Shown: positions 9,973 through 19,958 of the stretch, piece by piece
Position numbering within the stretch: the first letter of the stretch is position 1
Layout of the letters: each line of letters starts with the position of its first letter
Assembly (NCBI RefSeq): GCF_000829315.1
Contig: NZ_AP013028.1
Coordinates: forward strand, 30,001 to 62,000
Direction: 5' to 3'
Length of the DNA: 32,000 nt
DNA from: Wolbachia endosymbiont of Cimex lectularius
GTDB taxonomy: Bacteria; Pseudomonadota; Alphaproteobacteria; Rickettsiales; Anaplasmataceae
Program-made: the position numbers and the translations under genes
The notes under the pieces: generated by a model
The model's input: only the letters and a program-made list of their open reading frames with translations
Told to the model about the DNA's origin: nothing
Databases searched by the model: none

Positions 9973-11046
9973 ATGCAAAAACGCTATGCAACTGTTTGTC
10001 TTATATTACTTCTTATAATTGGCACATTACTTTTAGTGCGCCCTATGATTTTTCCATGCTTAATCTCTATCGTTGTTACATATTTATTTAATCCGCTAGT
10101 AGTAAAGTTTGAGGAGTATAGGATACCACGCCTATATTCTGTAATTTTTATAATACTTGTCCTGCTGATGATTTTTGTATTAGCTGTTACATTTGTTTTA
10201 CCTATTGTATATGTTCAAATCACTTCGATATTGAATTTTTTAGTCAGTAAAGCACCTTCGTTAAACCTCAAAGTTATTCCATCTGTGTTAGAATTTCTCA
10301 ATATAAAAACAGAAGATGGTTTGCTTGATCACTTATCTGAAAGTCTAGCAAAAAATTACGGCGATTATATATCTTATTTCGTAAATGCCTTCGATATTAC
10401 CAGTAATTTTATAATCCAGGTGTTAAGCTCGAGCTTTAGCTTGATTCATACAGTATCATTAGTGGTAATCACTCCGGTGATGTTCTTTTATGTATTGCGT
10501 GATTGGCCTTTGATTGTAACAAAAGTTAGTGAATTAGTCCCTGTTCCTTACAGAGAAAAAGTTGCAGATTACTTTTCAAAAGTGGATTTTATTGTATCTA
10601 ACTACCTAAAAGGACAGGCGAATGTATGTATTTTTATGATGATTTTTTACTCTGTAGGCCTTAGTATAATCGGGTTGAAACATTCTGTTGCTATTGGAAT
10701 TTTGTCAGGAGCACTAACATTTATACCTTATATAGGGCCATTATTATATACTATCATTGGGTTTTTGAGCGCTGTGACTCAATTCAGTGGATGGTTTGAA
10801 AGCACTGCTATTTTAATATTATTTGGTGTTGGACAGTTGATGGATGCAAATATACTGGTTCCTTTATTGATAGGAAAAAAAGTCCATATACATCCGGCTG
10901 TAATTATTCTTGGAGTTACCGTATGTGCTTCATATTTTGGATTTATGGGTATATTACTTTTTGTTCCAATAATAGCAATATTTTATGTATCAGTGGAATG
11001 TATAACCGATAAATATCTTAAAAGTGAGTTTTATAGAAATGGCTAA
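9973..11046 (+). CDS. AI-2E family transporter / PerM-like permease
   Basis: Multiple TM segments; SNYLKGQANVCIFMMIFYSVGLSIIGLKHSVAIGILSGALTFIPYIGPLL is typical of the AI-2E/PerM family. Confidence 0.9.
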   Translation: MQKRYATVCLILLLIIGTLLLVRPMIFPCLISIVVTYLFNPLVVKFEEYRIPRLYSVIFIILVLLMIFVLAVTFVLPIVYVQITSILNFLVSKAPSLNLKVIPSVLEFLNIKTEDGLLDHLSESLAKNYGDYISYFVNAFDITSNFIIQVLSSSFSLIHTVSLVVITPVMFFYVLRDWPLIVTKVSELVPVPYREKVADYFSKVDFIVSNYLKGQANVCIFMMIFYSVGLSIIGLKHSVAIGILSGALTFIPYIGPLLYTIIGFLSAVTQFSGWFESTAILILFGVGQLMDANILVPLLIGKKVHIHPAVIILGVTVCASYFGFMGILLFVPIIAIFYVSVECITDKYLKSEFYRNG

Positions 11047-11141
11047 CAGGTTTTTTGCATTGTAATAAGGAAAGGGAATACCTGATGTACTCAAGGAGAG
11101 TAAGTAAATTTTGACGTAAAAGTTACCGTCAGGAACACAAA

Positions 11142-11786
11142 ATGTCTAGTGTGCAATTAAATTTATTTAGCAACAATCAAGCTGATTATAGCCGGCAAAA
11201 CTTCATCATCTTAGATGAAAATAAACATGTGTACCACTCAGTCATTGATAATTTATCCTGGAAATGTTTGATCCTTTTTGGACCTAAAAGCTCTGGTAAA
11301 ACTCATCTTGCTCACATTTGGCAATCGATGAACGATGCAATCTTTATCAATGTGAACAATTTTATAAGCGAGATTAGATATAGCAACGCTTTTATTTTAG
11401 AAGATATACAAAACGTTCAAGATGAAGCAATGTTACTGCATTGTTATAACTATATGAAAGAAAATAACAAGAGATTGCTTATTACTTCTTCGACTTCACC
11501 AAACAAGCTTAATTTTAAGTTGAAAGATTTAAGTTCTCGCATATTATCAACCATCAGCGTAAAAATTCCATCAGCGAGTGAGGAATTGTTAAGGATTATG
11601 TTGATGAAACGGTTTTCAGATAAACAGTTGAAAATTGATTTGAAAGTAATTGATTATATTTTGGCAAGGGTGGAGCGTTCTTTTTACAGCATTAGTGAAA
11701 TTATAGAAAAGATAGATGATGAATCTATGGGATCAAATGTTACCCTTCCTTTTATTAGCGCTTTATTGAAAAGAGATACTATGTGA
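11142..11786 (+). CDS. DnaA-like ATPase without full DnaA architecture (Hda/HdaA-like)
   Basis: Walker A FGPKSSGKTHLAHIW, LEDIQN, LSSRI, sensor-like C-terminal region; 214 aa. Confidence 0.82.
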   Translation: MSSVQLNLFSNNQADYSRQNFIILDENKHVYHSVIDNLSWKCLILFGPKSSGKTHLAHIWQSMNDAIFINVNNFISEIRYSNAFILEDIQNVQDEAMLLHCYNYMKENNKRLLITSSTSPNKLNFKLKDLSSRILSTISVKIPSASEELLRIMLMKRFSDKQLKIDLKVIDYILARVERSFYSISEIIEKIDDESMGSNVTLPFISALLKRDTM

Positions 11787-11986
11787 TTTCTTCTTTTAAC
11801 AGAGCATATATACTAAAAATTTATTAACACCTGTAGCACTAATACAAGAGTTACCATTTAGTTGTGCTAGTGCTATAAAAACATTATATTATAATGAATA
11901 TGAGTAGATACGACCAAGAAGTGGTATATTATAGCAAAACTCACTTTACAGGATGCTTTCTACAGATTTGATGTTATAATTTAACT

Positions 11987-12172
11987 ATGGTAAGAATAAG
12001 ATCAAATCTAAAAAAAAAATTAGGACGAAGGTTTATTATACTTATTCTATTGGTAAATGTTTTGTTTATCTCGTATTTTTTATTAAGAAATACGAGTAGC
12101 ATTTCCAATCAAACTATAGTCAAAGAAATAAATATAGGAGCTGATAATGAAAAGAGAACAGTTACAGAATAA
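11987..12172 (+). CDS. Small single-pass membrane protein, unknown
   Basis: Basic N-terminus then one TM helix (FIILILLVNVLFISYFLL); overlaps the downstream recombinase start by 26 nt, suggesting translational coupling. Confidence 0.55.
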   Translation: MVRIRSNLKKKLGRRFIILILLVNVLFISYFLLRNTSSISNQTIVKEINIGADNEKRTVTE

Positions 12173-13133
12173 AAAAGAGAATCTTTACATAACGTATTAC
12201 ATAGATACTTTGGTGTCAGAAAGGTCTGCTACACAAAATACTTTAGAAAGTTATCGTTCAGACTTACGTCAACTTGAAGATTTTTTATTGGAAAGCGGTA
12301 CTACTTTAGTCAACGCAAGCAAAACTAATATTAAAGATTATGTGAAATCTCTATGCACACAAAAGAAATATAAAAGTAGTTCTGTATCAAGAAAGATATC
12401 TGCTATGAAAAATTTTTATAAGTGCCTATTTAATGATGGAATAATAGATTTCAATCCAGCTCCAGCTAATGATGATGAATTGAAAAATCCAAAAGTTTCT
12501 CGTCCTTTGCCAAAATATTTGAGCGTCAAAGAAATGTTCTTGTTAATGGATGCAGTCAGAAAATCAGCAAGTGGATCGAATAAAGAAATAAACGGTAGAA
12601 GGTTATGCGCTATTTTAGACATACTTTACTCTTCCGGCATGCGTATTTCTGAACTGATTAATATGAAGTTATGTGAGGTGTCACACTTAGCAAACAGTAA
12701 TGACAAAGAAAGTTATATAATAATAAAAGGAAAAAGTGGTAAAGAGAGGCAAATTCTTTTTAATGAACAAGCGCTGCGAAGCCTTAGAAATTATTTATCA
12801 GTTCGTAACAATCTGATTCCTGACGGACAGGAGTCTGATTGGCTGTTTCCAGGTAATAGACCTAATAAGCCGATTACTAGGCAGAGAATCGGTCAATTAA
12901 TTAAGGAATTAGCAAGAAAATGTAATATTGATGAAAATAAAATCTCTCCACATGTGATTAGACATTCTTTTGCTACCCATCTGCTGGATAGTGGAGCAAG
13001 CATTGTGCTGATACAAAAAGTTCTTGGTCATACTAACCTTTCTACAACACAAATATATACTCATGTTGTTAACAAAAAATTGAAGGACAAATTAGCTGAC
13101 TCACATCCTATCACTCAGACAATCAGTAGTTAA
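12147..13133 (+). CDS. Tyrosine recombinase XerC/XerD
   Basis: Catalytic pattern: SSGMRISELINM (R), GKSGKERQI (K), HVIRHSFATHLLDSGA (H..R), LGHTNLSTTQIYTHV (H, Y). Confidence 0.92.
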   Translation: MKREQLQNKKENLYITYYIDTLVSERSATQNTLESYRSDLRQLEDFLLESGTTLVNASKTNIKDYVKSLCTQKKYKSSSVSRKISAMKNFYKCLFNDGIIDFNPAPANDDELKNPKVSRPLPKYLSVKEMFLLMDAVRKSASGSNKEINGRRLCAILDILYSSGMRISELINMKLCEVSHLANSNDKESYIIIKGKSGKERQILFNEQALRSLRNYLSVRNNLIPDGQESDWLFPGNRPNKPITRQRIGQLIKELARKCNIDENKISPHVIRHSFATHLLDSGASIVLIQKVLGHTNLSTTQIYTHVVNKKLKDKLADSHPITQTISS

Positions 13134-13188
13134 ACTTATTGTTTTTAATTTGCAGTAGAGCTAAACTCAAGTAAGTTTATCTGAGTTT

Positions 13189-13914
13189 ATGATTTCAGGC
13201 TTATTGTTTAATTTTTTTCTTATATTATGGGAGGTGCTCTATACTTCAATTGCTCTTCCTATACTCTTCTTTCCTGCACGCATAATAACTATTTTCCTTG
13301 CTTGCTCAGTAAAGGTTGTATTGTTTATGCTTCGTTTATTATGTGGAGTTGAATATGCAATTAAGGGGATAGAAAATATCCCAAAGCAGCCATTTATAAT
13401 TGCTTCTAAGCACCAATCTCCGCTTGAAACATTTATTTTTATACTTTTATTTAGAAACGTAGTTTTTATTTTAAAACGTGAACTGAAGTGGATTCCATTT
13501 ATTGGTTTGCACCTCATGGCGCTTAGGATGATTTTTATTAACCGCTTGGATGGTATCAGCTCTATACGCTATATCGTTAAGTTAGCTAAGATGCGCATAA
13601 AAGAAAATAGAAGCATAATAATATTTCCTGAAGGCACCAGAACAGCTGCAAAACAAAAAGCAAAATATCGACCAGGTGTCGCAGCTTTATATAGCGTATT
13701 ATCTGTTCCTGTATTACCAGTTGCTTTAAATACCGGTTTATTTTGGCCAAAGAGTATACTTTCTATAAGAAAAAATCCCGGGAAGGCAATAATAGAGATA
13801 TTACCTCCGATATACCCTGGGTTAAGTAGAGATGAATTCTTGAGAAATTTAGAAAAAGCTATTGAAGAAAAAAGTAGCGAATTGGCTGCAGAAAAAACTA
13901 GTATTGCAAATTAG
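13189..13914 (+). CDS. plsC: 1-acyl-sn-glycerol-3-phosphate acyltransferase
   Basis: IIASKHQSPLETF (HX4D-like), IIIFPEGTRTAAKQ, YRPGVAALY. Confidence 0.92.
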   Translation: MISGLLFNFFLILWEVLYTSIALPILFFPARIITIFLACSVKVVLFMLRLLCGVEYAIKGIENIPKQPFIIASKHQSPLETFIFILLFRNVVFILKRELKWIPFIGLHLMALRMIFINRLDGISSIRYIVKLAKMRIKENRSIIIFPEGTRTAAKQKAKYRPGVAALYSVLSVPVLPVALNTGLFWPKSILSIRKNPGKAIIEILPPIYPGLSRDEFLRNLEKAIEEKSSELAAEKTSIAN

Positions 13915-13964
13915 TGAAAAAATTCTATAATAAGGAAAGAGTACAGTGTTTTAGGTATTAATGT

Positions 13965-14234
13965 ATGGCGAATCATAAGAGTGCTAAAAAAATGATAAAG
14001 GTAATAGCGAAGCGCACTTTGGTAAATAAAATGCGCAAAAGTAAAACCCGCACTGCTATTAGGAAATTGGTTGATATAATTAAGTCTGGTGATAAAGAAA
14101 ATGTCATTATAGCATTTCGAAACGCTGAATCTAATTTGCACAAGTGTGTGAATAAAGGTGTTATTCATAAAAACACTGCTGCACGTAAAATAAGTCGCTT
14201 AAATGCAAAAGTAAAAGCGTTGATGACTGCTTAG
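13965..14234 (+). CDS. rpsT: 30S ribosomal protein S20
   Basis: MANHKSAKKMIKVIAKRTLVNKMRKSKTRTAIRK...GVIHKNTAARKISRLNAKV. Confidence 0.97.
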   Translation: MANHKSAKKMIKVIAKRTLVNKMRKSKTRTAIRKLVDIIKSGDKENVIIAFRNAESNLHKCVNKGVIHKNTAARKISRLNAKVKALMTA

Positions 14235-14311
14235 TGTGGTTAATCTAAAGTTAACTAGGTTAATATATACTCCTCGGTTTGTATGCTTTGTATAGAATTT
14301 GAGTGACCTAA

Positions 14312-15565
14312 GTGATGGATAAAAAAGCGTTATTAGAATTAAGCAATGGATTAAAGATTGAGCTACCCATATTAAACGGAACAATAGGTCCTGATGTATT
14401 AAACATTAAGGATTTGTACAGGACAACAGGGTTGCTTACTTATGATCCAGGGTTTGTTTCCACAGCTTCGTGTTCTTCCGCAATTACATTCATTGATGGA
14501 GATGAAGGGGTTCTTAAGTATAGGGGACATAGTATAGCTGATTTAGCAGAGAATAATGATTTTACTGCTGTAATTTACCTATTACTCTATGGTGAGTTAC
14601 CTAATTTAGAGCAACACAAAAAGTTTCTTTTGAAAATAGAGGAATTATCTAAAGTGCCAGAGCAGGTTGTAAACGTAGTTAAAGCATTTCCAAAAACTGC
14701 TCACCCTATGTCGATTTTGATTGCATGTTTTGCGAGTTTGTCAGCACTTTACCACGAGAGACATGGCAACAACGTCAATAGTGAAGATCTAGATTTTGGA
14801 ATTTCTGCAATAGCGCAAGTTCCTGCAATTGTTGCAATGATATACAGGCATATCAACAATCAGGAATTCATAAATGCCAACAATGAATTGAGCTATAGTG
14901 AAAATTTCTTAAGGATGATGTTTGGCGATGCTTTTGATAATGATAAAAGTGCCCTTTTTGCAAAAGCTCTGGATAAAATATTTACTCTTCATGCTGACCA
15001 TGAACAAAATGCTTCTACAGCGGCTGTCAGGTTGGTGGGATCAGCCGGTTCTAGCTTGTTTGCAAGCCTCTCTGCAGGAGTTGCTACACTTTGGGGACCA
15101 GCGCATGGTGGTGCTAACGAGGCAGTTATAAATATGCTAAAGGAGATAGAGCAAAGTGGAGATATAGATAAGTTCATTGAAAAAGCTAAAGATGATAAAG
15201 ATCCATTCAAATTGATGGGGTTTGGTCATCGTGTTTACAAAAATTATGATCCACGCGCACGCATATTGAAGGACGCCTGTAATGAGGTTTTGGGTAAACT
15301 GGAACAAAGTAGTGAACTGCTCAAGATTGCAAAAAGACTTGAGGAAATAGCTTTAAAGGATGAGTATTTTGTTGTGCGCAAGCTATATCCGAACGTTGAT
15401 TTTTACTCAGGTATAATAATGAACGCTATTGATATTCCTTCGAATATGTTTACGCCTATTTTCGCACTTGCAAGAACTACTGGTTGGGTTACTCAGTGGT
15501 ATGAAATGGCAAATGACAAAGAAACTAAAATCAGCAGACCAAGGCAGCTCTATATTGGTAAATAA
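14312..15565 (+). CDS. gltA: Citrate synthase
   Basis: VSTASCSSAITFIDGDEGVLKYRGHSI, LHADHEQNASTAAVRLVGSAG, WGPAHGGANEA, GFGHRVYKNYDPRA. Confidence 0.97.
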   Translation: MMDKKALLELSNGLKIELPILNGTIGPDVLNIKDLYRTTGLLTYDPGFVSTASCSSAITFIDGDEGVLKYRGHSIADLAENNDFTAVIYLLLYGELPNLEQHKKFLLKIEELSKVPEQVVNVVKAFPKTAHPMSILIACFASLSALYHERHGNNVNSEDLDFGISAIAQVPAIVAMIYRHINNQEFINANNELSYSENFLRMMFGDAFDNDKSALFAKALDKIFTLHADHEQNASTAAVRLVGSAGSSLFASLSAGVATLWGPAHGGANEAVINMLKEIEQSGDIDKFIEKAKDDKDPFKLMGFGHRVYKNYDPRARILKDACNEVLGKLEQSSELLKIAKRLEEIALKDEYFVVRKLYPNVDFYSGIIMNAIDIPSNMFTPIFALARTTGWVTQWYEMANDKETKISRPRQLYIGK

Positions 15566-15575
15566 ACCTTCATGA

Positions 15576-16008
15576 GACCTCTCACATAGTTTCTAGCAGC
15601 GCGCTAGGCGTATAACAACCGTCATTCAATAGAAACAAAAAACTACTTGACAACCTTCACCAACCCTGTTATTATGAGACTGAAGCTATTTGTTTAACTT
15701 CCCAATCTGTGCACTGCATGTCTTTTTAAAACTTCGGGGTTTTTACCCATACAAGCTGAAACGCGCTTATAAGTCGTTTAAGACATCACCCAACGCCGGA
15801 TTTTAAAATAGAGAGTGAAATAACTAGCTACCTCGGGGTTTTATTGTCTTTTTCTTCTGCCTGGTAAATTTCTTAAATATTATAGCTTAGACTAGTTGCG
15901 TTTAAAAGCAGCTAAATTGCAGCGTTTAAGGCATAAAAACGCCAATACTAAAAATAAATACCGACCGGGGCTTCTTTTGCTTTTTTTCTTCGCTTGGTAA
16001 ATTTCTTA
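15576..16008 (+). repeat. Copy B of dispersed promoter-bearing intergenic repeat
   Basis: gacctctcacatagtttctagcagc, TTGACA (15647)-N17-TATTAT (15670), CAAGCTGAAACGCGCTTATAAGTCGTTTAAGACA, two tandem modules ending in GTAAATTTCTTA. Confidence 0.88.
15647..15675 (+). promoter_or_regulatory. sigma70-type promoter in repeat copy B
   Basis: TTGACA (15647-15652), 17 nt, TATTAT (15670-15675). Confidence 0.6.
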
Positions 16009-16018
16009 AGCATGAAGG

Positions 16019-16114
16019 TTATACCAATTTTCGTTATCAAACAAGATACATAATAAATTCGCTAAATCTCTCATCGTAGGGAAACTTTTTATTTACCATT
16101 GGGATTTGGTATAA
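16019..16114. repeat. Short MITE-like element with 9-bp terminal inverted repeats
   Basis: TTATACCAA (16019-16027) and its perfect reverse complement TTGGTATAA (16106-16114) bound a 96-bp non-coding segment. Confidence 0.4.
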
Positions 16115-16222
16115 TGATGTACCAAGACATTACCTTTAACTGTTGCCTTATGTTTGATATACGGACCATTGATTAGCAGGGAAATTGTTTTACTTTTATG
16201 ATTTTCATGTTAAAGTATAACC

Positions 16223-16568
16223 CTAGGTGAAATAAGTAGCTGCTGTTGTGTGATAAGCACAGCAGAGGAAAGTCCGGGCTCCAAGGAAAAATAGTGACGG
16301 GTAACGCCCGCCGGGGGTAACTCCAGTTATAGGGCTACAGAAAATTACCGCCTAAAGTATTTTAGGTAAGGGTGAAAAGGTGTGGTAAGAGCACACCATA
16401 ACAATGGCAACATTGGTAGTCGAGTAACCAACACTAGGAGCAAGATTAAATAAGAGTAGACCTTATGTTTTTCTTCATATCTACTCGGGTAAATCGCAAG
16501 TAGTAAATGGTAACATTTACTCCAGATAAATAGCTACATAAACAGAACCCGGCTTATATTTCACCTAG
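16223..16568 (+). ncRNA. rnpB: RNase P RNA (class A)
   Basis: Conserved blocks GAGGAAAGTCCGGGCTCC, TAACGCCCGCCGGGGGTAACTCCAG, GGGTGAAAAGGTG, AGAGCACACC, ACAGAACCCGGCTTA; perfect 12-bp P1 helix CTAGGTGAAATA/TATTTCACCTAG defines the ends. Confidence 0.96.
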
Positions 16569-16615
16569 ACACTCACATAAATATCAATTATGCCGTATTC
16601 AAATGTATAAGCACT

Positions 16616-17386
16616 TTATGCATTGTCTTTTACTTGTTCTGCTTGATAGCCACCACTATTCTCACCTACATTGGCATTAGAATATTCCTCTTCATCAACA
16701 TACTCTTTCAGAACATACCCTCTGCCCCAAATGGTCTCTATATGGCTTTTTCCATCATTTGCACTTTCAAGTTTCTTACGCAACTTGCACATAAAGACAT
16801 CAACTATTTTGTTATCTGAAGGTTCATCTAAACCATTGTAGAGATGATTTAAAAACATTTCCTTTGTTAGTACTGTTCCTTTACGTAATGCTAGTAACTC
16901 TATCATAGAATATTCTTTATTAGTCAGATGAACCGTTTTACCTTTTACCTCAACAATCCTATGATCAAAATTGATATTTATATTACCAATTTTTATCACT
17001 GATTCAGGATGACCTTTAGTACGACGTATTATTGCCTTTATTCGAGCAAGTAGCTCACTTTTATGGAATGGTTTAGTTAAGTAATCATCAGCACCGTATC
17101 CAAGTCCCTTAGCTTTCTGATTAACGGCTGATATGCACGAAAGTATCAGGACAGGAACTTTAATTTTTGCACTTCTTAGTCTTAACAATATATCATATCC
17201 ATCAATATCACCGGGCAAGTGTATATCTAGAATAACTAGGTCATAGTGATCTCCATTTGAGGAAACTATATTATTGTTGTAGTCTTGCGCAGAAGTCACA
17301 ACATCACAAAAGTGCCCATCAGAAGTTAAAGCGTTAACCACAGTCTTTGCACTTACTTGATCATCTTCAATTAGTAATATACGCAT
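16616..17386 (-). CDS. ctrA: Cell cycle response regulator CtrA (OmpR-type)
   Basis: MRILLIEDD receiver domain, DLVILDIHLPGDIDGYD, LTKPFHKSELLARIKAIIRR, DNKIVDVFMCKLRKKL...IETIWGRGYVL. Confidence 0.95.
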   Translation of the reverse strand: MRILLIEDDQVSAKTVVNALTSDGHFCDVVTSAQDYNNNIVSSNGDHYDLVILDIHLPGDIDGYDILLRLRSAKIKVPVLILSCISAVNQKAKGLGYGADDYLTKPFHKSELLARIKAIIRRTKGHPESVIKIGNININFDHRIVEVKGKTVHLTNKEYSMIELLALRKGTVLTKEMFLNHLYNGLDEPSDNKIVDVFMCKLRKKLESANDGKSHIETIWGRGYVLKEYVDEEEYSNANVGENSGGYQAEQVKDNA

Positions 17387-17612
17387 ATTTTACACCCCGT
17401 AAGTAATTTATAATTTTAGTAATATATATAACTAAGGAAAGTAACAAATCAAACTTTTATTAACAAATGGTCAAAACTACTAGTAATAGATATACCATTC
17501 CAAAATTATATAAATAGATCTAAAACATAATAGATATACTATATATCATAAGAATAACATTATTTTTAGTAAATATTGAGTTAAAACTATTATTACTAAA
17601 AGAATACTTAGG

Positions 17613-17628
17613 TTAATAAATATTTAAC
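17613..17628 (+). promoter_or_regulatory. Possible CtrA recognition site between divergent ctrA and gpsA
   Basis: TTAA-N7-TTAAC exact match to the canonical alphaproteobacterial CtrA full site, but the region is very AT-rich. Confidence 0.3.
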
Positions 17629-17709
17629 TATTTTATATACCTGTGTTATATTTTTAATTTACTTATCCTACCATTCTAAAGTATAAGTAATACTTTTTAG
17701 GGGCATTGT

Positions 17710-18687
17710 GTGACAATATCAATTTTAGGCGCTGGTGCATGGGGTACAGCAATTGCAATTTCACTAAGTGATAAACAAGATGTGATTTTGTGGACCCGTA
17801 ATAAAACTACTTTCGAATCAATCAATAGAACAAGAGAAAGTGACAAATTACTTGGTTGTAGAATTTCTGATAGCGTGTCAGTAAAATTAGCTATTGGGGA
17901 AGTAGTTAATGCTTCAACAATAATCATCGCTGTTCCTACCCAATCTCTAAGACAGGTATGTCAGCAATTACATGATTGTGGCTTAAAAAAAGATATAGCA
18001 ATAATCTTAGCCTGTAAGGGAATAGAAAGATCTACATTAAAACTACCTAGTGAAATAGTAAATGAAGTTTTACCTAACAATCAAGTCGCCATTTTTTCAG
18101 GTCCCAGTTTCGCTATAGAAGTTGCAAAAAAGCTACCCTATTCAATGGTTCTTGCATGTCAAAACAGTGCATTGGGTTCAAAGCTAATATCAGAACTACA
18201 GCAGGAAAATATTAAACTATACTTTAGCAGGGATATCATAGGAGTACAGATTTGTGCAGCACTAAAGAACGTTTTTGCTATAGCATGTGGAATTATTTTA
18301 AGTAAAAAACTCGGATGCAATGCTCACGCAGCACTGACAACAAATAGTATAAATGAAGTAAAGGCTTTATATCTAGCAAAAACAGGTAACGCTAATATAG
18401 ACACGCTACTTGGACCAGCATGTTTGGGTGATCTGGTTATGACATGCACGTCCTTGAATTCAAGAAATCTGTCCTTTGGGTTTAAAATAGGTAGTAGTAA
18501 CGATAGCTTTGACGTTCAGCAGATTCTGTCAGAAGGTAAGTCAGTGACTGAAGGTTTTAGTACTGCTCAATCTGCATTTAATTTAGCAGAGAAGCTAAAG
18601 ATAAAAATGCCTATATGTGAAGCGGTCTATAGATTGTTGTATGAAAGCGTATCTATAGAGGATACTATTTCTGCTCTTGTAAATTAA
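17710..18687 (+). CDS. gpsA: NAD(P)H-dependent glycerol-3-phosphate dehydrogenase
   Basis: MTISILGAGAWGTAIAISL, VAVPTQSLR-like IIAVPTQSL, GPSFAIEVAKKLP, ALKNVFAIACGI, GPACLGDLVMTCTS. Confidence 0.96.
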   Translation: MTISILGAGAWGTAIAISLSDKQDVILWTRNKTTFESINRTRESDKLLGCRISDSVSVKLAIGEVVNASTIIIAVPTQSLRQVCQQLHDCGLKKDIAIILACKGIERSTLKLPSEIVNEVLPNNQVAIFSGPSFAIEVAKKLPYSMVLACQNSALGSKLISELQQENIKLYFSRDIIGVQICAALKNVFAIACGIILSKKLGCNAHAALTTNSINEVKALYLAKTGNANIDTLLGPACLGDLVMTCTSLNSRNLSFGFKIGSSNDSFDVQQILSEGKSVTEGFSTAQSAFNLAEKLKIKMPICEAVYRLLYESVSIEDTISALVN

Positions 18688-18706
18688 TTTTGTAGTTTGG
18701 TGTACT

Positions 18707-19189
18707 GTGGAATTTTTATATAAATTGATATCAACATGGTGGCTATCTGGCACAGTAAAGAAAATGCCAGGTACTGTAGGCAGTTTAGCTGCTTATCCAG
18801 TTGTTCCTCTAATACTAGGTAACAAAGTTTTAGGTGCAGCAATTATCCTTTTCTTATTCTTAATCGGATTGTGGTCCACAAGTAATTACATAAAACATTA
18901 TCAGACTTCACATGATCCAAAAGAGGTAGTGATTGACGAAGTAGTTGGTCAATTGCTGACAATATTTCTAATTTCAACATTGCTAAACCAAGAAGTGAAT
19001 TATCCTTTATTACTGTTGTGCTTTTTTTCCTTTAGGTTTTTTGATATAATAAAAACGTGGCCTATAAATTTGATTGATAAAAATATCAAAGGTCCTCTAG
19101 GCGTTATGCTAGATGATATTATAGCTGCAATTTTAGCCTGTGTTCTTATAGGGGCCTTTTATTGTTCATTGTCTGTGTATGCAGGATAA
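18707..19189 (+). CDS. pgpA: Phosphatidylglycerophosphatase A
   Basis: WWLSGTVKKMPGTVGSLAAYP, DPKEVVIDEVVGQLLT, FRFFDIIKTWPINLIDK...GGVMLDD-like GPLGVMLDD. Confidence 0.93.
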   Translation: MEFLYKLISTWWLSGTVKKMPGTVGSLAAYPVVPLILGNKVLGAAIILFLFLIGLWSTSNYIKHYQTSHDPKEVVIDEVVGQLLTIFLISTLLNQEVNYPLLLLCFFSFRFFDIIKTWPINLIDKNIKGPLGVMLDDIIAAILACVLIGAFYCSLSVYAG

Positions 19190-19958
19190 GAAAATTTATT
19201 ATTCAAGCTTGGTTACTAAAAATCTGAAGGATTATATACTGTACACAGCAAACTTATCTCAGTGGGAAGTGCATGATGAATTTGATAACATCACATTCAC
19301 AATAAATGGCACTAGAGAATCATTATTCAATTTTGTGTTTTGTGGAGAACAATGCAACGAGCTTTCTGTACAAAGAACTCTAGATTATCTTAGAACAAGG
19401 AATATAGAAGCAACATGGGTAATGGATTCGCATACAAAGACAAAGGGCATTTTAGAAAAGTGTAGGATAAAACACGTTAGCACACCAAAAAAAGCTTTAC
19501 TTCACATGAAAAACTATCTCTTACCTGCTGATATTGTTCCAGATTTGAGGTTGAACGCTGTAAATAGTAACAACCTATTGGAACAGTTAGATTTATGTAC
19601 TTCTAAGATTTTTTATCACAACGTTGGAATTGTCAGCACGTTTTTTCGCGGATTATCGAGTTATAATGATAAAGACTCGGGATTAAGATTTTTTCTTGCC
19701 ACACTAAACAACGAAGTTGTTGGAACATGCGGCTTTTGCATTCAGGACAACGTAGCTGGTTTCTATAGCGATGGAGTTTTACCGACTCATAGAAACCGTG
19801 GAATAGGTACTCAAATGGTTTTAGAAAGAGTCAAGATAATTCAGCAGCTTAAGTGCAAATATATAGTAGCGCATTGTATGAAACCTTCCGTCAACCTCTA
19901 CAAAAGATTGGGCTTTCAGATATTAGGCAATCTTTACTTGTACACTTCTTCAGCGTAA
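19179..19958 (+). CDS. GNAT family N-acetyltransferase
   Basis: C-terminal acetyl-CoA binding pattern GVLPTHRNRGIGTQMV and KPSVNLYKRLGFQILG; overlaps the pgpA end. Confidence 0.87.
   Translation: MQDKKIYYSSLVTKNLKDYILYTANLSQWEVHDEFDNITFTINGTRESLFNFVFCGEQCNELSVQRTLDYLRTRNIEATWVMDSHTKTKGILEKCRIKHVSTPKKALLHMKNYLLPADIVPDLRLNAVNSNNLLEQLDLCTSKIFYHNVGIVSTFFRGLSSYNDKDSGLRFFLATLNNEVVGTCGFCIQDNVAGFYSDGVLPTHRNRGIGTQMVLERVKIIQQLKCKYIVAHCMKPSVNLYKRLGFQILGNLYLYTSSA

Noticed and set aside
14922-15210. Two short ORFs inside gltA (14922-15131 and 14989-15210)
   Set aside because: Fully inside the citrate synthase coding region in alternative frames.
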